48,742 nucleotides of DNA from Acholeplasmataceae bacterium (GTDB lineage: Bacteria > Bacillota_I > Bacilli_A > ML615J-28 > CAG-698), in contig DUOT01000137.1 in NCBI GenBank assembly GCA_012838705.1, positions 1 through 48,742 of the forward strand, read 5' to 3'. A model generated the notes under the pieces. That model worked only from the letters and a program-made list of their open reading frames with translations. It was not told the DNA's origin and made no database searches. Shown piece by piece: positions 37,129-46,733 of the stretch (position 1 is the first letter of the stretch; every line of letters starts with the position of its first letter). Made by a program: the position numbers and the translations under genes.

Positions 37129-38997
37129 ATGTATGATGTAATAGTTATTGGTGGTGGACATGCAGGAATCGAAGCAAGTTTAGCCGCAAGTAGATTAAAT
37201 AAAAAAACATTAATGGTTGTAGGAAATATAAATAAAATTGCAAGTATGCCATGTAATCCATCAATTGGTGGACCAGCTAAAGGAATCATTGTCCGTGAAA
37301 TTGATGCATTAGGTGGAGAAATGGCAAAAGCTATAGATTCTACTTTAATCCAAGTAAAAATGCTTAATGTTTCTAAAGGTCCTGCAGTTAGGGCGTTAAG
37401 AGCTCAAGCAGATAAAGTAACTTATCCAAAGTATATGCTTAAGGTAATAAAGGCTCAAGACAATTTAGAAATATTAGAAACATATATTGTCGATTTGAAA
37501 ATCGAAAATAATAAGGTTACTGGCGTAATTACTGAACACGGTGATATAATTACTGGTAAAATTGTAATCATTGCTAGTGGAACATATTTATCAAGTAAAA
37601 TATTAATTGGGCAAGAAGCTATCACCTCTGGACCTGAGGGTGAGAAAACAACATCAGGATTAAGTGATAGACTGAAAAACTTAGGCTTTCATGTAATTCG
37701 TTTAAAAACTGGAACGCCTCCACGCGTGAAAAAAGATTCAATTGACTTTGATAAAATGATCCCGCAATATGGAGATAATGCAATCTTAAAATTTAGTGAA
37801 GAAACAAAAGAAACTCTGCCATTAGAGAAACAAGTAGTATGTTATCTTACCTATACAACAAGTAAAACTCATGAAATAATAAATCAAAATCTTCATTTGT
37901 CTAGTATGTATTCAGGATTGGTTGAAGGTGTAGGTCCAAGATACTGTCCTTCAATTGAAGATAAAATTGTGAGATTTGCTGATAAGGAAAGGCATCAAAT
38001 ATTTGTAGAACCGGAAGGCGTTGAACTTGATGAACTATATATTCAAGGCTTATCAACAAGTATGCCAAGAAATGTTCAAGAGGAAATGATAAAAACTGTT
38101 CCGGGATTAGAAAGAGCAGAAATTACTAAATATGCTTATGCAATCGAATATGATGCCATTAGTCCTTTAGAACTTAAAAATACTTTAGAATCAAAAAGAG
38201 TTGAAAATTTATTCTTTGCTGGACAAATAAACGGAACAAGTGGTTATGAAGAAGCAGCATGTCAAGGATTAATTGCAGGAATAAATGCAAGCCTAAAAAT
38301 AGACTTTAAAGAGCCTTTTGTTTTACGTAGAGATGAAGCATATATTGGCGTATTAATCGATGATTTAATTACTAAAGGTGTTGGTGATCCATATCGAATG
38401 TTAACATCAAGGGCTGAATTCCGCTTATTATTACGTCATGATAATGCGGAAGAAAGGTTATTACATTATGGATATGAAATAGGATTAATAAATAAAGATA
38501 GATACGAAAGATTTGCCTTAAAACAAAAATATATGGAAGATGCTCTTACTACTTTAAAAGAAATGCGTATTACACCAAAAAATGCTCTTAATGAATACTT
38601 AGAAAAACAAAATAAAATTTTATTAAAAGAAACTCTTTCTGGTTATGATTTTCTAAAAAGACCAGAAATTGATTTCGATGATGTTGAGTATGCAAGTGGT
38701 TATAAGTTTATTAATCTCGATGATGATTTAAAAGAAAAAATCATTATTAATATTAAATATGAAGGATATATTAAAAAAGCATATAAACAAGCAGAAAAAA
38801 TGAAAGCATTAGAAGCTAAAAAAATTCCTGATGATATCGATTATGATAATATTCCTAATATTGCTTCTGAAGCTAAGGACAAACTTAAGAAAGTTCGTCC
38901 CCATACAATATCACAAGCATCAAGGATTAGTGGTGTTAATCCTAGTGATATTGCTATTCTTTTAGTATATCTAGAAAGTAGAAGGAAACATGGATAA
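37129..38997 (+). CDS. mnmG: tRNA uridine-5-carboxymethylaminomethyl modification enzyme MnmG (GidA)
   Basis: 622 aa. [18 protein letters not shown] motif, [27 protein letters not shown]. Confidence 0.95.
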   Translation: MYDVIVIGGGHAGIEASLAASRLNKKTLMVVGNINKIASMPCNPSIGGPAKGIIVREIDALGGEMAKAIDSTLIQVKMLNVSKGPAVRALRAQADKVTYPKYMLKVIKAQDNLEILETYIVDLKIENNKVTGVITEHGDIITGKIVIIASGTYLSSKILIGQEAITSGPEGEKTTSGLSDRLKNLGFHVIRLKTGTPPRVKKDSIDFDKMIPQYGDNAILKFSEETKETLPLEKQVVCYLTYTTSKTHEIINQNLHLSSMYSGLVEGVGPRYCPSIEDKIVRFADKERHQIFVEPEGVELDELYIQGLSTSMPRNVQEEMIKTVPGLERAEITKYAYAIEYDAISPLELKNTLESKRVENLFFAGQINGTSGYEEAACQGLIAGINASLKIDFKEPFVLRRDEAYIGVLIDDLITKGVGDPYRMLTSRAEFRLLLRHDNAEERLLHYGYEIGLINKDRYERFALKQKYMEDALTTLKEMRITPKNALNEYLEKQNKILLKETLSGYDFLKRPEIDFDDVEYASGYKFINLDDDLKEKIIINIKYEGYIKKAYKQAEKMKALEAKKIPDDIDYDNIPNIASEAKDKLKKVRPHTISQASRISGVNPSDIAILLVYLESRRKHG

Positions 38998-39315
38998 ATT
39001 TAAAATATATTATGATTTTTTAATTTCCGAAAATCAAAAATACAACTTAACAAGTATTACAGATGAAGAAGAAGTTTATATAAAACATTTTGAAGATTCA
39101 TTAAAAACATCTCTTGCGATTGACTTTAATAATATTAATACATTATGTGATATTGGAAGTGGAGCAGGTTTCCCAGGCATCCCTTTAAAAATTACTTATC
39201 GCCATCTTAAACTTACAATAATAGAACCGACGCAAAAAAGGTGTCGATTTTTGGAACAAAAACAAATATAAAGTATCCACGTCGCTTTAGTCAAATAAAA
39301 AAACAAAGCTTATAA
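38990..39315 (+). pseudogene. rsmG: 16S rRNA m7G527 methyltransferase RsmG (GidB) with a large internal deletion
   Basis: A 93-codon ORF retains the N-terminus through the SAM motif DIGSGAGFPGIPLKI...RCRFLEQ and then stops. The family-typical C-terminal tail KYPRRFSQIKKQSL* follows immediately (39271-39315) in a different frame. About 125 codons are missing relative to the roughly 240-aa homologues. Confidence 0.8.
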
Positions 39316-39325
39316 GGAGGAAAGT

Positions 39326-40096
39326 ATGGGGAAGGTATTAGCGATTGCTAATCAGAAGGGTGGTGTTGGTAAAACAACTACTGCTGTAAATTTATGTGAT
39401 GCCCTATCACGAGAAAACAAAAAAGTATTATTAATAGATTTAGATGAGCAAGCTAATGCAACAATAGGATTAGGTATATCTAGGGAACTTGTAGAAGTGA
39501 CTAGTTATGAACTTTTAGTTACGGATATCTCAATTCGTGACGCAATATATTTTTCAATCGATAATGATTTTGATTTTATTCCAGCTTCAATTAAACTTTC
39601 GGAAATTGAAGGTAAGTTGCATGGAAAACCAGAAAGTAGATTAACGCTTGCAAGAAAGGTTGATACAGTAAAAGATGAATATGATTTTATTATTATTGAC
39701 TGTCCACCATCACTTGGTTCAATAATCGATAATGCATTATTTGCAAGTGATGCTGTAATTATTCCAGTTGAATGTGATTATTATGCTTATGATGCATTAA
39801 CACAAATAGTCAATAAAATAAATCAAATTCAAAAACAAAAACGAAAATATAATCGTTCACTAACGATCGAAGGAATACTTATGACCAAACTTGATAATCG
39901 TAATATTTTTGGTTATAAGATTGTTGATAAAGTTAAAGATTTATTTCCATCGAAAATGTTTAAGACGATTATCAATCGTTCAAGTCACATTCAAGAAGCA
40001 CCAATGTATGGGAAAACAGTTTTAAAATATGCATATACATCTCGGGGAAGTAAAGAATATCGGGAATTGGCCAAAGAAATAATAAATAATAATTAG
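39326..40096 (+). CDS. parA: ParA/Soj-type chromosome partitioning ATPase
   Basis: Deviant Walker A IANQKGGVGKTTTAVNL. IIIDCPPSLG. 256 aa. Sits in the mnmG-rsmG synteny. Confidence 0.9.
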   Translation: MGKVLAIANQKGGVGKTTTAVNLCDALSRENKKVLLIDLDEQANATIGLGISRELVEVTSYELLVTDISIRDAIYFSIDNDFDFIPASIKLSEIEGKLHGKPESRLTLARKVDTVKDEYDFIIIDCPPSLGSIIDNALFASDAVIIPVECDYYAYDALTQIVNKINQIQKQKRKYNRSLTIEGILMTKLDNRNIFGYKIVDKVKDLFPSKMFKTIINRSSHIQEAPMYGKTVLKYAYTSRGSKEYRELAKEIINNN

Positions 40097-40105
40097 GAGG
40101 CTATT

Positions 40106-40924
40106 ATGTGGGAAAAATTTAAAACTTATGTACAGGAGAATACAGCATCATTTATTGGTATAATCCTAACAATTGCAATAACAATATTAATTATTTTAAT
40201 CATTAATTTCGTTATGAAAAACTATGCAAAGAGAGCTAAAAACAAAAGAGCGATAACTCTTGCTAAGTTAGTTCAAAGTATCATTCGTTATATATTAATA
40301 ATTATTGCAATTATCATTATTATTAATATATTTGGTTTTGATATTACTGCAGTTTTAGCCGGTGCAGGAATTGCTGGGTTAATAATAGGTTTGGGTGCTC
40401 AAAGCCTCATTAGTGATTTTCTAGCTGGACTTGGAATTGCTTTTGAAAACTATTATGAAATTGATGATGTTGTTGAGATAATGGGATTTAAAGGTACTGT
40501 TATTGAAATGGGACTTCGATCTACAAAAATAATGAACTGGAAAGGCGAAGTTAAAATAATTGCTAATGGTGAAATTAAAGAATTAATAAATTATTCTCGT
40601 ACATATTCAATTGCAGTTGTGAAGATAGTATTAAGTTATGATGAAAATATTGATAAAGTTATTACATTACTAGAAGAAAAACTTCCAACAATGAATGAAA
40701 GCTTCCCACAAATAATAGAAGGACCTAATGTAATTGGCGTTTCTGATTTAAAAGATAAAGGAATAGAAATTCAGATAAATGCGAAAACAAAGGCAGAAAC
40801 TCATTATGCTGTTGAAAGAGCATTAAGAAAAAGAATTGTACAAATATTACATGAAAACAATATTAAGATCCCATACCCACAAATCGTATTACAAGAGGTA
40901 GATAGGCATGCTGACAGCAAATAA
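40106..40924 (+). CDS. MscS-family mechanosensitive channel
   Basis: Pore-helix block GAGIAGLIIGLGAQSLISDFLAG followed by the beta-domain block VEIMGFKGTVIEMGLRSTKI. Confidence 0.85.
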   Translation: MWEKFKTYVQENTASFIGIILTIAITILIILIINFVMKNYAKRAKNKRAITLAKLVQSIIRYILIIIAIIIIINIFGFDITAVLAGAGIAGLIIGLGAQSLISDFLAGLGIAFENYYEIDDVVEIMGFKGTVIEMGLRSTKIMNWKGEVKIIANGEIKELINYSRTYSIAVVKIVLSYDENIDKVITLLEEKLPTMNESFPQIIEGPNVIGVSDLKDKGIEIQINAKTKAETHYAVERALRKRIVQILHENNIKIPYPQIVLQEVDRHADSK

Positions 40925-41096
40925 ATATGATGTTGGTGAAATTGTTGAGTTTAAAAAACTTCACCCATGTGGGGAAAAACGATGGGAAGTACTTAAAATA
41001 GGAGTAACATATAAACTAAAGTGTCTTGGTTGCGGAAGAACTATTATGATTCCAAGAGTTGAATTAAATAAAAAAGTTAAGGCACCAAAAAAATGA
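40908..41096 (+). CDS. DUF951 (YyzM-like) small protein
   Basis: 62 aa. The pattern Y.VGEIVEFKK.HPCG...W.V...G...KLKCLGCGR.IMIPR..L.KK is as I recall for DUF951. Position is origin-proximal. Confidence 0.6.
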   Translation: MLTANKYDVGEIVEFKKLHPCGEKRWEVLKIGVTYKLKCLGCGRTIMIPRVELNKKVKAPKK

Positions 41097-41791
41097 TTGC
41101 AAATGTAGTAAACTTTCTAGCAGTACTTATTGGGGGAAGTATTGGACTGATATTAAAAAAATTCATCAAAAAAGATTTATGTGATGCTATATTAAAAGTA
41201 ATAGGAATTGCTGTCATTATTTTTGGGATTATTGGTGTAATTACATCATCAATTACAATTGAAGGAAATAGTTTAAAAAGTAATTATGAACTAGTACTTC
41301 TTTTTAGCTTAGTAATAGGAACATTAATAGGTGAGCTTTTAAATATTGATCACACCCTTAATAAATTTGGGAATTTTATTGAAAGGAAATTAAATAAATC
41401 TAAATTTTCACTTGGATTTATAAATGCATCACTAATCTTTTGTGTTGGAGCAATGGCACTTGTAGGAAGTGTCAAAGCTGGATTAGGTGATTCCAAAGTA
41501 ATATACTTAAAATCATTAATTGATGGAATAACATCAATTGTTCTAGCCTCTACATTAGGTTTTGGTGTTTTATTTGCTTCCTTTTCAGTTTTAATATATC
41601 AAGGCATAATAACATTAATAGTTTTAATAATTGGAGATATATTCGATACAACCTTTATTAATACTTTCAGCATGGTAGGTTATGCCTTAGTATTTTGTAT
41701 TGGTTTAAATTTTATTAAGGAAGAAAAGATAAAAATAGCAAATATGCTGCCATCACTTTTGATAGTGATTTTATATAATATTTTTGTATGA
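41093..41791 (+). CDS. DUF554-family membrane protein
   Basis: 232 aa. The N-terminus IANVVNFLAVLIGGSIGLILKK and the polytopic pattern resemble the YqgA/DUF554 family. ATGA overlap with the upstream gene. Confidence 0.55.
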   Translation: MIANVVNFLAVLIGGSIGLILKKFIKKDLCDAILKVIGIAVIIFGIIGVITSSITIEGNSLKSNYELVLLFSLVIGTLIGELLNIDHTLNKFGNFIERKLNKSKFSLGFINASLIFCVGAMALVGSVKAGLGDSKVIYLKSLIDGITSIVLASTLGFGVLFASFSVLIYQGIITLIVLIIGDIFDTTFINTFSMVGYALVFCIGLNFIKEEKIKIANMLPSLLIVILYNIFV

Positions 41792-41817
41792 AAAAGAATG
41801 CAAGGGCATTCTTTTTT
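41792..41817 (+). terminator. Rho-independent terminator
   Basis: AAGAATGC-aagg-GCATTCTT stem followed by T5. Confidence 0.8.
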
Positions 41818-41856
41818 ATGTTATAATTATAGTATAAAATATTGGAGGAAAAAATA

Positions 41857-42363
41857 ATGGCAAAGATTATTAAGATCTATAATCAAAAAGTCCCTGCCCT
41901 ACGCTTTATTGGAAAAAAGTATTATGATAAGGATAGGGTAAATGGAACATTTCAAAAGCAATGGTCAGATTGGTTTGAAAAAGGATGGTTTAGCAAATTA
42001 GAAAGTATTAATGATAAAGCTTCTTTTGATGATAGTGATGCATATATTGGACTTATGAGGTATAAAAAGGATGAACCTTTTGAATATTGGATTGGAATGT
42101 TCTTTCCTGAAAACACAAAAGTTCCTGAAGGTTTTTCTTATGTTGAATTTAATAAATCCAACTTAGGTGTTGCTTGGGTATATGGAAAAGAACATAATTG
42201 TAAAGAGGATCAATGTTTAGAAAGTTTAAAACAAGCAGGATTTACTATTATTCCGGATGATAAAGAAGCTTATTGGTTTTTTGAAAGGTATGCATGTCCA
42301 CGTTTTACAAAACCAGATGAAGAAGGAAATATAATATTAGATATATGTTACTTTGTTGAGTAA
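41857..42363 (+). CDS. GyrI-like small-molecule-binding domain protein
   Basis: 168 aa from the ATG at 41857, downstream of a GGAGGA RBS. The pattern (I.....PA.RFIGKKY, YIGLM, YWIGMFFPE, VPEGF..VEF) resembles effector-binding GyrI-like / integron-associated effector-binding proteins. Confidence 0.45.
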   Translation: MAKIIKIYNQKVPALRFIGKKYYDKDRVNGTFQKQWSDWFEKGWFSKLESINDKASFDDSDAYIGLMRYKKDEPFEYWIGMFFPENTKVPEGFSYVEFNKSNLGVAWVYGKEHNCKEDQCLESLKQAGFTIIPDDKEAYWFFERYACPRFTKPDEEGNIILDICYFVE

Positions 42364-42369
42364 GAGCTA

Positions 42370-42399
42370 AAAAGGAGTGCGCCAAGGCATTCCTTTTTG
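42370..42399 (+). terminator. Rho-independent terminator
   Basis: AAGGAGTGC-gccaag-GCATTCCTT stem (1 mismatch) followed by T5. Confidence 0.7.
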
Positions 42400-42456
42400 T
42401 TATTTGCATTAATAAATATCGTGTGATATAATTTTATAGTATTTTGGAGGGGACAA

Positions 42457-44226
42457 GTGAGAAACGGAATAAAATCTTTTCTATTATTATTAAAGAAGTA
42501 TCCATATAGTATTATTAATTATGTACTTTCAATAATTACTAGTATCGTAATAATCAATATTCCGATTATAGTTATTGAAAGGATAGTTTATATATATGAC
42601 AAAACACGTAACTTTGATGATGCAATAAAAGTAGTATTAATTGCATCAGGGGTTGGGTTTTTATGCTATCTAATTACAATTGCGATAAATTTTGTTAATG
42701 CATATATTGAAAGAAATTTTAAGGCTGAACTTTCTATAATGTTTTATGAAAAATTAAATAATATTGATTATGATTTTCATGAAAACCCTAAGTTTCTTAA
42801 TGATTATACTAGAGCATTAGAACAAGGAACTGAAACTATTTATTTATCTGCACATAATGTTATTGAAACAATAAGAATTATTTTTCAAAGTCTTTCACTA
42901 TTTATTATTATTTTCAATATGCATTACTTTGCAGTTCTTTATGCAATATTAATCGGAATAATATATATGTTTGTTCGTATTAAAGTTGGAAAATTAGATT
43001 TTAAGGCATTATCAATGCAAAGACCTTTTTTCCGTCAAAGAAATTATGTAAATCGAACATTTTTTATTAAAGATGCAATGGCCGATTTAAAAACAACTAA
43101 TATATCTGAGCTTTTATTAAATAATAATGAAAAAGCAAATGATGGAATTATTGCGATAATTGATAAGGTTACTAGTAAAAAAGCCTTTTTATTATATATT
43201 GGTGAAATATTAATATCATCAATTTATCCAATTACGCTAGGAATACTAGCATACTTTACAATTGATAATTTAGTACTATCAGACTTTTCTGCACTAACGA
43301 TTGCAGCAACTACTCTTTCTACTTTAGTATCACAATTAGTAAGAGTCTTAGCTGACCTTCAAAATAATTCATTAGAATGCAAAATTCCATTTGAAGTTTT
43401 AAATATGAAATCAAAAATCGAAGGTGTAGAATATGAAGAAGTTAAAGGTGATTTTAAAGAATTAGTCGTAGATAATGCATCTTTTTCATATGACGGTGAA
43501 AATTTAGCACTAAAGAATATTAATATGAAAATACGCAAAGGAGAAAAAATTGCAATAGTTGGTTTAAATGGTGCTGGTAAAACTACTTTAGTAAAACTAT
43601 TATTAAGATTATATGATGTGGGTAGTGGAGCAATTTATATTAATGGCCAAGATTATCGTAACGTTACAGCATCATCACTAAGAAAAATAGTTGGGGCTGT
43701 GTTTCAAAATGTAGAAGTATATGCTGCAAGTATTGCGGAAAATGTCCTTTTACGAAAACCAAAAAATGAAACAGATTTAAATTTAATTAATGAGGCTTTA
43801 AAATTTAGTGGTTTATATGACTATGTATATAGTTTAGAGGAAAATATAAATACTGAAATTACACGTGAGTTTCATAAGCAAGGCGCAGTATTTTCTGGTG
43901 GGCAAATACAAAGACTTGCAATTGCAAGAGGTTATGCTCAAAATTATGAAGTATTTATTCTTGATGAACCTAGTAGTGCATTAGATCCTTTAGCTGAAGC
44001 AGAAGTATATAAAAATATGTTGGAATTAGGAAAGGATAGAACGATTATTTTTATATCACACCGCCTAACAACAACTGTAAATAGTGATTATATATATCTT
44101 TTTGCTGATGGGGAGATTGTGGAAGCAGGAACACATGAAAAATTAATTAATCAAAACGGACTTTATAAAAAAATGTTTACTTCACAAGCAAGTAAATATT
44201 TAAGGAGTAATTATGAAAACAATTAA
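42457..44226 (+). CDS. ABC exporter half-transporter (TMD-NBD), subunit 1 of a probable heterodimer
   Basis: GTG start after a GGAGGGG RBS. Six-TM N-terminal domain. Walker A GLNGAGKTT, signature FSGGQIQR, Walker B FILDEPSSALD, H-loop ISHRL. Confidence 0.9.
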   Translation: MRNGIKSFLLLLKKYPYSIINYVLSIITSIVIINIPIIVIERIVYIYDKTRNFDDAIKVVLIASGVGFLCYLITIAINFVNAYIERNFKAELSIMFYEKLNNIDYDFHENPKFLNDYTRALEQGTETIYLSAHNVIETIRIIFQSLSLFIIIFNMHYFAVLYAILIGIIYMFVRIKVGKLDFKALSMQRPFFRQRNYVNRTFFIKDAMADLKTTNISELLLNNNEKANDGIIAIIDKVTSKKAFLLYIGEILISSIYPITLGILAYFTIDNLVLSDFSALTIAATTLSTLVSQLVRVLADLQNNSLECKIPFEVLNMKSKIEGVEYEEVKGDFKELVVDNASFSYDGENLALKNINMKIRKGEKIAIVGLNGAGKTTLVKLLLRLYDVGSGAIYINGQDYRNVTASSLRKIVGAVFQNVEVYAASIAENVLLRKPKNETDLNLINEALKFSGLYDYVYSLEENINTEITREFHKQGAVFSGGQIQRLAIARGYAQNYEVFILDEPSSALDPLAEAEVYKNMLELGKDRTIIFISHRLTTTVNSDYIYLFADGEIVEAGTHEKLINQNGLYKKMFTSQASKYLRSNYENN

Positions 44227-45994
44227 AAACAATTTTACTGTTTTAAAATACGTTTATAAATATTGTCCGTTAATGATTATTTTTGCAATTTTATATATCA
44301 TCGCATCCACAATCCTTGCAATTAGTAAAATTAATATTATTGCGGAAGCTATCGATTTAGTTACTAGTGGTGCTGATATAAAAGTTTTATTTGCTGCCTT
44401 AAAAAACTTTTTACTTATCATTATTATTACTTCACTTTTTAGAATCTTTTATATTGATTATATTAGAACGCGATATCGAATGATTTATATAAAAAACATG
44501 CAACAGTTTTTGTTTGCTAAGGTGAAGTTTATTGATATGGAATCATTTGATAATCCAGAGTTTTATGATAATTATTCAAGGGCGTTAAGAGAAGGGACTT
44601 TCCGTGGTATTCAAGTATTTGAAGAGTTAGTAAGGTTTGTTACCGCCTTATCAACAACTGTTGCCATCGGAACCATCATTATCATTAATGATATAAAACT
44701 TTTAATTATTATTGTTTTATCATCAATAATAAATATTATTGTTGTTAGTACGATTAATAAGAAATGGTATTTATGGAGTAAAGAAACAGAACAGGATAGG
44801 AGAATGTATCGTTATATAAATCGTACATTTTACCGTCAACGTTTTGCTGGGGAAATAAAAACAACTCCTATTAGTAAGTTATTAATTGAAAAATATCGTG
44901 ATACCGCAAAAACTATAAATAAAAAGTATGCAAAAACGCATAAGGGCTTAATTGGATATCATTTAATTTACCATTTCTCAAAAGTATTTATCGAACAAGG
45001 GGCAAGTATTATATACTTAGGATCAAGATTATTTAAGGGATTAATTAAGCCTAATATTTTTGTTGCTAGTTTAAATGCAATTATTCAGTTTTCACACAAT
45101 TTTTCTGATGTGGTAAGTTTTCTGACAAGGCTTAAAGAATACTCATTATATATTGATGATTTTTTATGGCTTCTTAATTATAAGCCAACGCTGGAAAAAA
45201 CAGATGGTGAGTATTTAGATACTATTACAAATGTTAATATTGATAATGCTAGTTTTAAATATCCTGATGTAAATAACTTTAGTTTAGAAAACATCTTATT
45301 AAACATTAACAAAGGAGAAAAAATTGCATTTGTTGGGCATAATGGAAGTGGAAAAACAACTTTAATTAAACTTCTTTTGCGTTTCTATATACCTTACAAA
45401 GGGAATATAAAAATAAATAATAAAGATTATAATGTTTATGATATAAACTCATATCGAAAAAACTATGCAACAATTTTCCAAGACTTTCAATTATACGCAA
45501 TGTCAATTGGTGAAAATGTTTTGATGAGGAAAATGGAAAGTAAGGAAGATGAAGAAAGAGTATGGGATGCCTTAGCAAAAGTAGGTATGGCTGAAAAAAT
45601 TAAAAGACTTCCTGAAGGAATACATACAGAAGTAACAAGAGAATTTAACCGTCGTGGTGCAGTATTTAGTGGTGGTGAAATCCAAAGGATTGCAATTGCT
45701 AGGATCTTTGCAAGTGATGCAAGTTTATACATTTTAGATGAACCAACTAGTTCACTTGATCCACTATCAGAAGAAAGAATAAATCGTCTTATTATTAAAA
45801 ATGTTGATAAGACGATGATAATAATTGCCCATCGTTTATCTTCTGTTGTTGATGCTGATAAAATATATTTACTTGATGAGGGTAAAATAGTAGAAGCAGG
45901 AACGCATGAAGAGTTACTAAATAAAAATGGGAAGTATGCGGAAATGTTTTTAACACAAAAAAGTTTATATTTAAAAAATAATGGTGAAATATGA
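44213..45994 (+). CDS. ABC exporter half-transporter (TMD-NBD), subunit 2
   Basis: 14-nt overlap with subunit 1. AAGGAG RBS. Walker A GHNGSGKTT, signature FSGGEIQR, Walker B ILDEPTSSLD, H-loop IAHRL. Confidence 0.9.
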   Translation: MKTIKNNFTVLKYVYKYCPLMIIFAILYIIASTILAISKINIIAEAIDLVTSGADIKVLFAALKNFLLIIIITSLFRIFYIDYIRTRYRMIYIKNMQQFLFAKVKFIDMESFDNPEFYDNYSRALREGTFRGIQVFEELVRFVTALSTTVAIGTIIIINDIKLLIIIVLSSIINIIVVSTINKKWYLWSKETEQDRRMYRYINRTFYRQRFAGEIKTTPISKLLIEKYRDTAKTINKKYAKTHKGLIGYHLIYHFSKVFIEQGASIIYLGSRLFKGLIKPNIFVASLNAIIQFSHNFSDVVSFLTRLKEYSLYIDDFLWLLNYKPTLEKTDGEYLDTITNVNIDNASFKYPDVNNFSLENILLNINKGEKIAFVGHNGSGKTTLIKLLLRFYIPYKGNIKINNKDYNVYDINSYRKNYATIFQDFQLYAMSIGENVLMRKMESKEDEERVWDALAKVGMAEKIKRLPEGIHTEVTREFNRRGAVFSGGEIQRIAIARIFASDASLYILDEPTSSLDPLSEERINRLIIKNVDKTMIIIAHRLSSVVDADKIYLLDEGKIVEAGTHEELLNKNGKYAEMFLTQKSLYLKNNGEI

Positions 45995-46728
45995 AATGTG
46001 TTATTTTAATTCATGGATTTTTAAGTGATCATCACGACTTAGATAGTATAAAACCTGCTCTTGAAAATATTTATGATCATATTGAATGTATAGATTTGCC
46101 TGGTCATGGAATCCATTATAAAAAGGAAAGGTTTAATGTTGATAAGGTGCTAGATTTTATAAATAATCTTTATAAAAAACTAGAAAAAGATTATGATGAA
46201 ATAGATTGTATAGGTTATTCTATGGGTGGAGCATTAGCTTTATATCTTGCATCAAAACAAAAAATACGCAAGTTAATTCTTTTGGCACCTGCATGTAAGT
46301 ATTTAAACTTTCTCTTTCCTTATAAAAGATTAAAAACATATCTTCATACAAAAAAAGCATTAAGTAAATCTATGAGTGGAAATATAAAAGAAAGTTTAAA
46401 AGAAAAACTTAAAAACATCCATAAAGATGATTTAATAGCTCTAAAGTTTTTAAAAGACCGTTATTTTACGATTAAATTTCCTGCTTATTTTATAGAATTT
46501 AGAAAGCTAATTAAAAATATAAATAGTTCAATTGAAAACATTTCAACGCCAACGCTCCTTCTATATGGTCATATAGATCAAATAATTCCAGAAAAAGCAA
46601 TAGAATTTGTATATAATGTTTGCGAGAATGTTAAGACAATTATTTATAGCGATATATCACATTTAATGCTTTTATCAAAAGATTGTGGTAAAATAGTTGA
46701 CGATATACTAGACTTTATAAAGGATTGA
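45991..46728 (+). CDS. Alpha/beta-hydrolase (esterase/lipase-like)
   Basis: 245 aa. HGF oxyanion region, nucleophile elbow G-Y-S-M-G-G, late Asp (GHIDQIIP) and His (DISHLML). ATGA overlap with the upstream ABC gene. Confidence 0.8.
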   Translation: MKCVILIHGFLSDHHDLDSIKPALENIYDHIECIDLPGHGIHYKKERFNVDKVLDFINNLYKKLEKDYDEIDCIGYSMGGALALYLASKQKIRKLILLAPACKYLNFLFPYKRLKTYLHTKKALSKSMSGNIKESLKEKLKNIHKDDLIALKFLKDRYFTIKFPAYFIEFRKLIKNINSSIENISTPTLLLYGHIDQIIPEKAIEFVYNVCENVKTIIYSDISHLMLLSKDCGKIVDDILDFIKD

Positions 46729-46733
46729 TACAA

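Noticed and set aside
37494-37507. A FabT-box-like sequence, TTTGAAAATCGAAA, inside mnmG.
   Set aside because: The palindrome is imperfect (TCGAA instead of TCAAA) and lies deep inside a coding region with no promoter context. It is most likely a chance match in AT-rich sequence.
39273-39281. A DnaA-box-like 9-mer, GTATCCACG, at the rsmG deletion junction. I considered it as a hint of oriC.
   Set aside because: It matches only 7 of 9 positions of TTATCCACA, it is a single copy, and there is no cluster of boxes or AT-rich unwinding element nearby. It also simply encodes the conserved KYPR tail of RsmG.
181-45732. Many 60-135-aa ORFs in the track lie antisense to, or out of frame within, long well-supported genes. 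Examples: 181-363, 1703-2110, 2323-2643, 4715-4969, 7641-7943, 9818-10177, 10963-11181, 13223-13432, 15815-16036, 17827-18048, 18798-19004, 19371-19769, 22064-22327, 23301-23561, 27399-27593, 27614-27814, 28851-29045, 29338-29571, 29963-30148, 31243-31564, 32195-32473, 33174-33401, 34399-34599, 36255-36440, 37062-37289, 45366-45732.
   Set aside because: These are shadow ORFs of the kind expected in AT-rich DNA. Their products are low-complexity, have no RBS and carry no recognisable motif, and each is fully covered by a gene with strong family signatures on the other strand or in another frame.
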